Assembly: GCA_963717505.1 (NCBI GenBank)
Contig: OY970342.1
Coordinates: 2,304,001 to 2,368,000 of the forward strand
Length of the DNA: 64,000 nucleotides
Direction of reading: 5' to 3'
DNA from: Candidatus Eiseniibacteriota bacterium
GTDB lineage: Bacteria > Eisenbacteria > RBG-16-71-46
Shown: positions 54,299 through 62,294 of the stretch, in pieces
Layout of the letters: each line of letters opens with the position of its first letter
Position numbering within the stretch: the first letter of the stretch is position 1
Made by a program: the position numbers and the translations under genes
The notes under the pieces: model-generated
Seen by the model: the letters and a program-made list of their open reading frames with translations, nothing else
Databases searched by the model: none
Told to the model about the DNA's origin: nothing

Positions 54299-56965
54299 GT
54301 GGGAATCGAGAAGGGTAGCCGGCTGGGTCCCTACGAAATCATCGGGCCACTCGGCGCGGGCGGCATGGGTGAAGTGTATCGCGCCAAGGACACGCGGCTC
54401 GGTCGCGACGTGGCGATCAAGGCGCTGCCAGACGAGTTCTCACGGGATCCCGATCGGCTGGCCCGGTTCGAGCGCGAGGCCCGTCTGCTGGCCTCGCTCC
54501 AGCACGCGAACATCGCCGGCATCCACGGGCTCGAGGTCGTGGAGGGGCGTCGCTACCTCGTTCTCGAGTGCGTCGAGGGCGAGACGCTCGCGGCGCGGAT
54601 CCGGCGTGGTGCGATCCCAGTGGACGAGACGATCGATATCGCCCGTGCGGTCGCGGCGGCGCTGGAGGCGGCGCACGAGGCGGGGATCGTGCATCGGGAC
54701 CTGAAGCCCGGAAACGTGATGCTGACGGGCGCGGGCGATGTGAAGGTGCTCGACTTCGGCCTGGCCAAAGGCGGAGACGGCGCGGGTTCGGCCTCCGATC
54801 CAGCGTTGTCCGCATCTCCCACGCTCACCCATGCCGGAACGCAGGCCGGAGTGATCCTCGGGACCGCCGCCTACATGAGTCCCGAGCAGGCGCGCGGCAA
54901 GGCTGTGGATCGGCGCACGGACATCTGGTCGTTCGGTTGCCTGGTGTTCGAGTGCCTGACCTCACGGCAGACCTTCGCGGGCGAAACCGTATCGGACATC
55001 GTCGCGAACATCCTACAGGGCGAGCCCGCGTGGAGCGCGCTTCCTGCGAGCACGCCCGAGCGACTGCGCGGGTTGCTGCGCCGCTGCCTCGAGAAGGACG
55101 TCAAGCGCCGCCAGCGCGACATCGGCGACGCGCGTATCGAGTTGGAGGACCTGCAGGCGCTGCGCGAGTCGAACCGTGTCTCGCGAACGACCGCAGCGTC
55201 CCGAGGGCCGGCGGGCGCCCGGCTCTGGGCCCTGGTCTCCGTTGCCGCTGCCGTCGCGGCTGCCGCCGCCTGGGTCGCCGCGGTGAAGTGGAACGCCGCG
55301 CCCCCCGTGCATCCGGTGCGATTCGAGATCTCAGGGCCGAAGCATCGCGATATCTGGCCGGACGCGGCGGCGGCCGCGCTCTCGCCCGACGGGCAGTGGC
55401 TGGCCATGATCGTAGAGGATTCCTCATTCACGTCGAGCATCTGGGTCCGGCGGTTGGATTCGCTGACGCCGCGGGAACTGCCGGGGAGCGAGAATGCGAC
55501 GATCATGTTCTGGTCGCCGGACAGCCGCTACCTCGCATTCTTTGCCGGCGATCACTTGCTCTCGAAAATTGCGATTGCCGGCGGCGAACCCGAACGGATC
55601 TGCGAGGTCAAGACGGCACGCGGCGGCACGTGGAATCGGGACGGCGTCATCCTGCTCGCGCCCTATTCAAATGGGGGCATCTATCGGGTGTCCGCGAATG
55701 GCGGCGAGCCGGTGGCGATCACGCGTCCCGACTCCGCGAACGGGGAGACCGGCAACCGGTTTCCGCAGTTCCTTCCCGACGGCAAGCACTTCTTGTTCAC
55801 TGGCGTGCCCGCAGGCGCGGACGGCAAGGTCGGACTCTACGTTGGATCGCTCAACGGCGGTGCGCCACGACCCGTGGCGCGGGTCGAGACCGGTGCGATC
55901 TACTGCAATCCGGGCTGGCTGCTCACGACCCGTAGCAACTCGCTGGTGGCGCAACGATTCGATGCGCGCACGCAGCGATTGCTCGGCGAGCCGTCGACCC
56001 TTGGAGACGCGCCGATGTTCACTCAATACAGCGGTGGGCCGCCAATGTCCGCCTCGCGCACGGGCGCACTCGCTTACTCGACCCGCATTTTTCCGGCCCA
56101 GCGTTTGTCATGGATGGATCTCGCGGGACACGAAACTGAAATTCCCGGCTTCGCCGGCGGTCTGTATTTTTATTTGATGGTTTCGCCCGATGGGCGCCGA
56201 GCGCTACTTTCCGGTGCTTCGAACGATTTCAAGGGTGTCCTCTCACTCGTGGATCTCGAGCGCGGCACCGTGTCGCGGTTGTCATCGCCAACCGAGGACG
56301 TCGGCAGCGCGGTGTGGTCGCCCGATGGCCGGCGCATCGCGTACCTGAATGGATCCAATGGAACGCTGGTGGTCCGCTCGCTCGCGGATGGGAGCAGTCG
56401 CAGCTTTCTCGCCTCCGACCCCTCGTACAAGCGACTCGACGAGTGGTCGCACGACGGCCGATACCTCCTGTTCGAGCGATTGGACGCCACCAGCAAGTGG
56501 GACGTGTGGCTGCTTCCGGTCGAGGGGGACAGCACGCCGCGGGTCGCCGTACGATCGGCGGCCAATGAAGAGGCTGCCCGGCTCTCGCCCGACGGGCGCT
56601 GGGTCGCGTTCACGTCCGACGAGACCGGGGTCGCGGAAATCTACGTGCAATCGGTGGGCTCTGCGGGGCTCAAGTACCAGGTCACGACCGGGGGCGGCGG
56701 ACCCTGGTACTGGTCGCGTGATGGGAAGTCATTGGTCTTCCAACGGGCCGATCGGTCGGGAGTGCTATTCCGGGCTGCGGTGCAGGCGTCCGGAGAATTC
56801 TCGCTGGGCCCTCCGAGTGTGTTCTTCCGCCTGCCGGAGGACTTCACGTACGCCTATCCCGCTCCCGACGAAAAGCGATTCCTGATGCTCCGCCCGGCGG
56901 AGAAGCCGGAACGTCAGACGATCACCGTGCTCCAGAACTGGCAGGCCGCGCTGAGGAAACCATGA
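54299..56965 (+). CDS. Ser/Thr protein kinase with C-terminal PD40/TolB-like propellers
   Basis: GTG after AGGAGG. LGAGGMGEVY, VAIK, HRDLKPGN, DFGLAK and GTAAYMSPEQ motifs. One TM, then SPDG repeats. Confidence 0.95.
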   Translation: MGIEKGSRLGPYEIIGPLGAGGMGEVYRAKDTRLGRDVAIKALPDEFSRDPDRLARFEREARLLASLQHANIAGIHGLEVVEGRRYLVLECVEGETLAARIRRGAIPVDETIDIARAVAAALEAAHEAGIVHRDLKPGNVMLTGAGDVKVLDFGLAKGGDGAGSASDPALSASPTLTHAGTQAGVILGTAAYMSPEQARGKAVDRRTDIWSFGCLVFECLTSRQTFAGETVSDIVANILQGEPAWSALPASTPERLRGLLRRCLEKDVKRRQRDIGDARIELEDLQALRESNRVSRTTAASRGPAGARLWALVSVAAAVAAAAAWVAAVKWNAAPPVHPVRFEISGPKHRDIWPDAAAAALSPDGQWLAMIVEDSSFTSSIWVRRLDSLTPRELPGSENATIMFWSPDSRYLAFFAGDHLLSKIAIAGGEPERICEVKTARGGTWNRDGVILLAPYSNGGIYRVSANGGEPVAITRPDSANGETGNRFPQFLPDGKHFLFTGVPAGADGKVGLYVGSLNGGAPRPVARVETGAIYCNPGWLLTTRSNSLVAQRFDARTQRLLGEPSTLGDAPMFTQYSGGPPMSASRTGALAYSTRIFPAQRLSWMDLAGHETEIPGFAGGLYFYLMVSPDGRRALLSGASNDFKGVLSLVDLERGTVSRLSSPTEDVGSAVWSPDGRRIAYLNGSNGTLVVRSLADGSSRSFLASDPSYKRLDEWSHDGRYLLFERLDATSKWDVWLLPVEGDSTPRVAVRSAANEEAARLSPDGRWVAFTSDETGVAEIYVQSVGSAGLKYQVTTGGGGPWYWSRDGKSLVFQRADRSGVLFRAAVQASGEFSLGPPSVFFRLPEDFTYAYPAPDEKRFLMLRPAEKPERQTITVLQNWQAALRKP

Positions 56966-56987
56966 CGCTTGCCGGTCGTGGACGCTT

Positions 56988-57090
56988 TCATGGGCTGGCG
57001 CTCCGTCGCGACTCGTAGGCTCGATGCTGGAGCGCTTCCGCGATCCGTAGCGCGGTGACGTAGGTCTCGTCGGCTATGAGCCCCGCGGCC
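56988..57090 (-). pseudogene. Remnant duplicate of the comM 3' end
   Basis: Translates to LIADETYVTALRIAEALQHRAYESRRSASP*, compared with comM DLAGESLVTASRLAEALQYRAYESRRNTGG*. Confidence 0.85.
57002..57023. repeat. 22-bp direct repeat, left copy (in comM remnant)
   Basis: TCCGTCGCGACTCGTAGGCTCG is identical to 60139-60160. Imperfect homology continues to CGCGGTGACG. Confidence 0.9.
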
Positions 57091-57260
57091 TCAGCGCTCA
57101 GCGGCTTCGAGCCATCCTTGGCGACTGCTCGCTGGCGTCCCGGGGTAGAACCTCCCGACCGAAACGGGTGGTCCAAGCAACGGATTGACTTCCCCCAACG
57201 TGCCCACCGATCATCCGCGCGTGTTTCCCCCCGGTTCGGCGCTCCCGTGGAGGAATCGAG

Positions 57261-58127
57261 ATGTTCGAGGCTTCGTGGGGTTCTTCGCGGCCTCCGGCGG
57301 TGTACGGGCCCGGGGGCTTGGTGCGCGAGGGCTGTCCAGTCGCCAGGGGCGTCACAGCTCCGCCGCCGCGGCTGCTTGATCAGCTGCGACAAGCCATCCG
57401 CGTTCGGCACTACAGTCGCCGGACCGAGAAGGCCTACGTCGGGTGGGTGAGACGCTTCGTTCTGTTCCATGGCAAGCGCCATCCGCAGGAGATGGGTAAG
57501 GCCGAGGTCACCGCGTTCCTCTCCCGTCTCGCTACCGACGGCAGCCTGAGCGCCTCCACGCAGAACCAGGCGCTGAGCGCTCTACTGTTCCTGTATGCGC
57601 AGGTTCTCAACCAGGACATCGGCTGGCTCGACGAACTGGTTCGAGCGAAACGCCCTGCCCGTGTACCCGTCGTGCTGACTCGCGGGGAGGTAAGGGCGGT
57701 GCTCGCGCGGCTCCGGGCCCTTCATGCACGAGATCTCCTCAATGGGATGGGCGGCGTCGAGCTTCCCCTCGCGCTGGAGCGCAAGTACCCGCGGGCGGCC
57801 TACGAGATCGGTTGGCAGTGGGTGTTCCCGGCGACGCGGTTCTACATGGACCCCGAGAGCGGCCGGCGCCGGCGGCACCACATGCACGAATCCGTGCTCC
57901 AGCGCGCCATGCGCGACGCCGTGCAGGGCGCCCGCATCTCAAAGCCCGCCAGCTGCCACACGCTTCGGCATTCGTTCGCGACACACCTGCTCGAGAACGG
58001 CTATGACATCCGGACGATTCAGGAGCTGCTCGGCCACCGCGACGTGAGCACCACCATGATCTACACCCATGTCCTCAACCGCGGCGGGCGAGGCGTGACC
58101 AGTCCGCTCGACGGGGGCTCGAGATGA
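57261..58127 (+). pseudogene. intI: Integron integrase with in-frame internal deletion
   Basis: Present: [27 protein letters not shown], the IntI-specific insert ALERKYPRA...[19 protein letters not shown] and QELLGH...TTMIYTHV. The LLYGxGLR...GKGxKDR segment is missing at VLARL/RALH (about 57713). Confidence 0.9.
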
Positions 58128-58307
58128 CGCCCCGCTCACGCACGCGCTACACCGCCGCCAGCTCGCAGCATATCTGGCTATCGCGCGAGTACGAGCTGCC
58201 CGAGACGTTGCTCCTGAGGCATAGCATCGCGATCTTGGCATTGAGCGACCCGAATACACGGGCGGCCACTTGCAGCCGATTCGACTACCCCGAACCATCT
58301 ACTGCTT

Positions 58308-58314
58308 GTTATGC
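58308..58314 (+). other. Putative attI recombination core (GTTATGC)
   Basis: GTTATGCAC is the exact reverse complement of GTGCATAAC at 58751-58759 (R'' of attC1). No attC hairpin lies upstream of it. Confidence 0.75.
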
Positions 58315-58332
58315 ACACAAAGGTGGACCTAG

Positions 58333-58758
58333 GTGAGTGATCGCCGGATCGATGCCTTCTTCTACGGCCTGTTCATGGACCAGGAGATCCTTCGCAACGC
58401 TGGCGTGGAACCAATCAACCCGCGGCGGGCCTATGTCGAGGAGTTCGCGTTACGTATCGGGCAGCGTGCCACGCTGGTTCCATCCGACGGAGCTCGCGCC
58501 TACGGTATGCTCTTTGGGCTCACGCACCCTGAACTCGACAAACTCTACGCGGCTCCCGGGCTTGAGCAGTATCGCCCGGAAGCGGTACTCGTCCAGCCAC
58601 TGGAGGGCAGGTCGACGCCCGCCCTGTGCTACAACCTACGTGAAGTACCGGGGGCAGACGAACGAAATCCTGAATACGCGACGCGGCTTGAGCGCGCACT
58701 CAGCAAACTGGGCTTTCCGGCAGAGTATGTCGCGTCCGTTCGTGAGCATGGTGCATAA
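58333..58758 (+). CDS. Cassette 1: gamma-glutamylcyclotransferase (AIG2-like) family protein
   Basis: FFYGLFMD, ATLVP...AYGMLF and YRPEAVLV motifs. The TAA stop lies inside attC R''. Confidence 0.75.
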   Translation: MSDRRIDAFFYGLFMDQEILRNAGVEPINPRRAYVEEFALRIGQRATLVPSDGARAYGMLFGLTHPELDKLYAAPGLEQYRPEAVLVQPLEGRSTPALCYNLREVPGADERNPEYATRLERALSKLGFPAEYVASVREHGA

Positions 58759-58839
58759 CTTCAGCGTGAAGCGGACGCGCTCGTCGCACCGGCTTCGGTG
58801 TCTACTTGGTGGGTGCGCCGCTTACGCTGGGCGTTAGAC
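58753..58839 (+). repeat. attC site 1 (87 bp)
   Basis: GCATAAC ... CAGCGTGAAGCGG / CCGCTTACGCTG (one extrahelical base) ... GTTAGAC. Confidence 0.9.
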
Positions 58840-58846
58840 AGAGTCC

Positions 58847-59332
58847 ATGAACTGGCCGGACACCATCCTTGCACTGGAGAATCGAAGCGTGGGAGCGCAC
58901 GGCGAGCCGACGCTGGGCGAGGCGCTTGCGCTCGCTATCGCGGAGTGGGATGCGGGAAACCGTGACCGAGAGTTGCGACTGCACCTTCTCTTTCTGGCGT
59001 GGTACTGCAATCTGGAACCTCCTCACCTCACGGGCTTTGACGAGATGGTCGTCCCATCCGCTCGACTTCCCCAGGTTTTCTCAGCCGTCTATGAGACCTT
59101 CGCTGGGTCCATCCTTGACGATGCTGAGGCGCTGTACGTGGTGGGTCTCATCGCTCAACTCACACCGTGGCTCCTCGGCGGCGACCACGAGACCTGGGAA
59201 GCCCGAAGTCGCGATTATCGTGCGCGGTATAGGGCACTGGTTCCAGGAGGCCTGGAACCGTCCACCTTCCAGGGCCGTGGCGCGTATGGCGACTACTTTG
59301 CGGGTCAAGTTCAAGTGCCAGGTGGATTCTGA
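58847..59332 (+). CDS. Cassette 2: hypothetical protein
   Basis: ATG 7 nt after attC1. The 161-aa ORF fills the cassette. No recognised motif. Confidence 0.75.
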   Translation: MNWPDTILALENRSVGAHGEPTLGEALALAIAEWDAGNRDRELRLHLLFLAWYCNLEPPHLTGFDEMVVPSARLPQVFSAVYETFAGSILDDAEALYVVGLIAQLTPWLLGGDHETWEARSRDYRARYRALVPGGLEPSTFQGRGAYGDYFAGQVQVPGGF

Positions 59333-59348
59333 GAATGGAAACGACTCT

Positions 59349-59426
59349 GCCTAACAACGCGCTGGAGCCGACAGCGCATCTGGAAGAGAGCATGAACGCG
59401 CTGCGGCTCAGCGCGAATCGTTAGGC
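59349..59426 (+). repeat. attC site 2 (78 bp)
   Basis: GCCTAAC ... CGCGCTGGAGCCG / CGGCTCAGCGCG ... GTTAGGC. GACTCTGCCTAAC complements the cassette start GTTAGACAGAGTC at 12 of 13 positions. Confidence 0.92.
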
Positions 59427-59476
59427 GGAGAGCTGAGATGACCCGCCCCCGAGCCTGAGGAAGTGAGGAGAACAAG

Positions 59477-59701
59477 ATGAGTGGTCAACCCGAACATCGC
59501 GATCCCGACGAGCTCTCCGTACCGGAGAAGATCCTCCGCGTTCAAGACCTGTGGGATGACATTGCGCGCTCGCCTCGCGATGTCGAGATCACCCCGGCGC
59601 AGCGCGAGGAAGCCGAGCGCCGACTTCTCGAGCACGAGAGCAATCCGCGGGAATACTCGTCGTGGGAGGAGATCAAGCGCAGATTGGAAGGTGGGCGATG
59701 A
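59477..59701 (+). CDS. Cassette 3: addiction-module antitoxin (TIGR02574-like)
   Basis: LSVPEKILRVQDLWDDI...ITPAQREEAERRL...SWEEIKRRL. GAGGAG RBS. Confidence 0.88.
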   Translation: MSGQPEHRDPDELSVPEKILRVQDLWDDIARSPRDVEITPAQREEAERRLLEHESNPREYSSWEEIKRRLEGGR

Positions 59702-60045
59702 GGCGGCCGGTACATCTCTTGCTCGATGCCGAACGAGAACTGGAGGACGCGTTCTGGTGGTATGAACGCCAACGGAGCGGCCTCGGCCTCGAGTTTCTGC
59801 TCGCGTTCGACGCTGTGGTCGAGAGCCTGCGGCGTCTTCCCGAAGGGCACGAGATTGTCGCACTGAAAACGCGCAAGGCGCTGCTCCGGCGCTTTCCGTA
59901 CCTTGTGCTGTACGCGGTCGAGGCAGACCGCATTCTCATCACGGCAGTGTTCCACGGTCGGCGCGATCCGGTGCGATGGTCAGATCGCGTACGCGAGAGT
60001 GCCTTCAGAGTAGGAGAGATCGATGCGGCACGCGTTCCCGCCTAA
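59698..60045 (+). CDS. Cassette 3: RelE/ParE family toxin
   Basis: AERELEDAFWWYE...GLGLEF, RRFPYLVLY and ITAVFHGRRDP. ATGA overlap with the antitoxin. The stop lies inside attC3. Confidence 0.9.
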   Translation: MRRPVHLLLDAERELEDAFWWYERQRSGLGLEFLLAFDAVVESLRRLPEGHEIVALKTRKALLRRFPYLVLYAVEADRILITAVFHGRRDPVRWSDRVRESAFRVGEIDAARVPA

Positions 60046-60103
60046 CATCGGCTTGCAGCGGACGGTCCGCTGAGCGGCCCGCCGCTGAAGCGGAACGTTA
60101 GCG
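60040..60103 (+). repeat. attC site 3 (64 bp)
   Basis: GCCTAAC ... GCTTGCAGCGG / CCGCTGAAGC ... GTTAGCG. CCGCCTAAC complements the cassette start GTTAGGCGG. Confidence 0.9.
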
Positions 60104-60124
60104 AGTAGGAGCTGGCGGATTTCA

Positions 60125-61639
60125 TCAACCGCCGGTGTTCCGTCGCGACTCGTAGGCTCGGTACTGGAGTGCCTCGGCGAGCCGGCTCGCGGTGACGAGC
60201 GACTCTCCTGCGAGATCGGCGATGGTGCGCGCGACCCGCAGCGCGCGGTGGACGGCGCGCGCCGACATACCGCCCCGATCGATCGCGTCCGCTATCAGTC
60301 TCCGCCCGGCCGTATCCGGTGAGCAGTGCTCGCGCAGCGCGGCATTCGACAACATTGCGTTGAGCGCGCCGCGCTCGCGTTGGCGCGCCCGCGCCAGCAG
60401 TACACGCTCGCGGACCACTTCGCTCGCTTCGCCGGGCGGGGCGGCGAGTAGTTCCTCCGAGGTGAGCGCCGGCACTTCGATTTGCAGATCCAGCCGATCC
60501 AGCACCGGACCGCTGACGCGCGCCGCATAGCGGGTGAGATCACCGGGCGTGCACTTGCACGAGCGCTTCGGGTGTCCCAGCCAGCCACAACCGCACGGAT
60601 TCATCGCGGCCATCACCAGAGCGCGCGCGGGAAAGCGCGCCGATCCCATCGAGCGCGTGATCCAGACCGATCCGCTCTCGAGCGGTTCGCGCAGCGCATC
60701 GAGCGTCGTACGCGCAAACTCGCCCAGCTCGTCGAGGAACAGCACGCCGCCATGCGCCAATGAGATCTCGCCGGGGCGCGGCGGGGATCCGCCGCCAACC
60801 AGGCCAGCCGGGGAGATCGTGTGGTGGGGCGCACGAAACGGGCGTATGGTCATCAACCCGCGGCCGGGTGCGCGCAGGCCGGCGCCGGAATGAAGCCGAG
60901 TGACGGTTCGCGCCTCGTCGGGATCGAGCGCCGGCAGAATGCTCGGCAGGCGACGCGCGAGCATCGACTTGCCGGCGCCCGGCGGACCGACGAGCAACAT
61001 GTGATGGCCGCCGGCCGCGGCGATCTCCAGGGCTCGTCGCGCCATTCCCTGGCCGCGCACCTCGGAAAGATCCTCGAGCTCGGTGCTCGGAGTGTCGTGC
61101 GCCGCGGGAGCCTGTCGTTCCAGCTCCAGCTCGCCACGCAGCCACGACGCCGCCGCGCACAAGTCGCTCACGCCGTGGACGGTGAGCGGCTCGACCAGAG
61201 CGGCCTCGGGCGCGGCGGAGGCGGCACACAACAATGTGGTCGCGCCCGCGCGCCACGCGATCTCGGCGAGCGCCAGCGTGCCACGGGTGCCACGCAACGT
61301 GCCGTCGAGCGCCAGCTCGCCGATCGCCGCCGTGCCCTCGAGCTTCTCGCTCGGCGCCTGCGACGTCGCGGCCAGGATCCCGAGTGCGACTGCGAGATCG
61401 GCGGCAGCACCCTCCTTGCGGCGCCCCGCCGGCGCCAGGTTCGCGGTCACTCTTCGGTCCGGAAGCTGGAACCCCGAATTCCGGAGCGCGGGCCATACCC
61501 GGTCGCGCGCCTCGCGCGCCGTCGCGTCCGGCAGGCCGACCAGCACGAAACCGGGCAACCCCTGGCCGACGTCGATTTCGCATTCGACGGCCAGCGCTTC
61601 GAGCCCCCACAGGGCTGCGGTTCGGATGCGTGCGAGCAG
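60125..61639 (-). CDS. comM: YifB/ComM Mg-chelatase-like AAA+ ATPase
   Basis: LVGLPD...REARDRV, NLAPA, GPPGAGKSMLA, PFRAPHH, PGEISLAHGGVLFLDE, AAMNPCGCG and ARTIADL motifs. The family-typical start position has CTG rather than ATG. Confidence 0.95.
   Translation of the reverse strand: MLARIRTAALWGLEALAVECEIDVGQGLPGFVLVGLPDATAREARDRVWPALRNSGFQLPDRRVTANLAPAGRRKEGAAADLAVALGILAATSQAPSEKLEGTAAIGELALDGTLRGTRGTLALAEIAWRAGATTLLCAASAAPEAALVEPLTVHGVSDLCAAASWLRGELELERQAPAAHDTPSTELEDLSEVRGQGMARRALEIAAAGGHHMLLVGPPGAGKSMLARRLPSILPALDPDEARTVTRLHSGAGLRAPGRGLMTIRPFRAPHHTISPAGLVGGGSPPRPGEISLAHGGVLFLDELGEFARTTLDALREPLESGSVWITRSMGSARFPARALVMAAMNPCGCGWLGHPKRSCKCTPGDLTRYAARVSGPVLDRLDLQIEVPALTSEELLAAPPGEASEVVRERVLLARARQRERGALNAMLSNAALREHCSPDTAGRRLIADAIDRGGMSARAVHRALRVARTIADLAGESLVTASRLAEALQYRAYESRRNTGG
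60139..60160. repeat. 22-bp direct repeat, right copy (within comM 3' end)
   Basis: Identical to 57002-57023. Confidence 0.9.
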
Positions 61640-61710
61640 GAGTCTCCCGGGCGGGGGCGTGTAGAATTGGCAGGTCCCGTGCCGGCGGCCGGTGCGGAGA
61701 GGAGGGAATC

Positions 61711-62091
61711 TTGACGAACCCCAAGCAGTCCTACCCCTACGCGACACATCTGAACGTCCTCCACGAAGCACTCGAGGTCGTCGACGTTCAGAAGCTGGTA
61801 ACCGCCTGCACGGACCGCTGGTACAACCAGACGCTCTGCCAGGTGAACGACTCGGTCGTCCGGCTCGGCGTCATCCAGGGCGAATATCACTGGCACAAGC
61901 ACGATGACCTGGACGAGTTCTTCTAGGTGGTCGAGGGTCGACTGCTCATCGACCTCGAGGGGCGCACAGTGGAGTTGACCGAGCGGCAGGGCTTCGTGGT
62001 GCCGAAGAGGGTGGAGCACCGAACGCGGGCCCCGGAGCGTACCGTGATCCTGATGGTCGAGGGCGCCGGCATCATCCCCACCGGCGACTGA
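61711..62091 (+). pseudogene. Cupin domain protein with in-frame TAG at 61924-61926
   Basis: TTG after GAGGAGGG. GEYHWHKHDDLDEFF*VVEGRL...FVVPKRVEHRTRA. The TAG sits where Tyr (TAC) is expected. Confidence 0.85.
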
Positions 62092-62157
62092 TCTCGCGAA
62101 ATTATTTTCACTCCACGACGATCGTGGGGTACATTTCTACGTCCTCTGCACGTATGT

Positions 62158-62226
62158 GCGGGGGCTAGTTCGCTCGACTGCCCGGGTGCGGCCCCCGGCT
62201 TCGGCGGATGACGCCCCCGCTTTTTC
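62158..62226 (+). terminator. Long GC hairpin followed by a U-tract (possible terminator or structured RNA)
   Basis: GCGGGGGC (62158) pairs with GCCCCCGC (62213-62220), followed by TTTTT. The interior is also partly self-complementary. Confidence 0.45.
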
Positions 62227-62294
62227 GTTGCCCCTGCCCGCAAGGACCGCCGGCTTTGACGCTGGTTCCAAGCCCCGCCTAGAGTCGCTCCGGC

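Larger units (their letters stand above)
57261..60103 (+). mobile_element. Integron with integrase pointing toward a 3-cassette array
   Basis: intI-like gene, attI core at 58308 and three attC sites whose R'' boxes complement the start of each cassette. Confidence 0.92.

Noticed and set aside
56988-57482. 164-aa minus-strand ORF
   Set aside because: Mostly antisense to intI and its promoter. Only the last ~30 codons are meaningful, as the comM remnant.
58124-58336. 70-aa ORF between intI and cassette 1
   Set aside because: It crosses the attI crossover point and has no recognisable features. It is treated as non-coding attI spacer, although a translated leader cannot be excluded.
58753-60103. 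CRISPR array
   Set aside because: The repeats are imperfect palindromes of different length and sequence separated by whole genes, so they are attC sites. No cas genes are present.
61924-61926. Pyrrolysine or amber recoding in the cupin gene
   Set aside because: TAG is used as a normal stop by many genes here, the position corresponds to Tyr, and no pyl genes are visible.
62158-62226. tRNA (including tRNA-Sec) in the intergenic hairpin
   Set aside because: No cloverleaf, T-loop GTTCRA in the right position or CCA end could be fitted.
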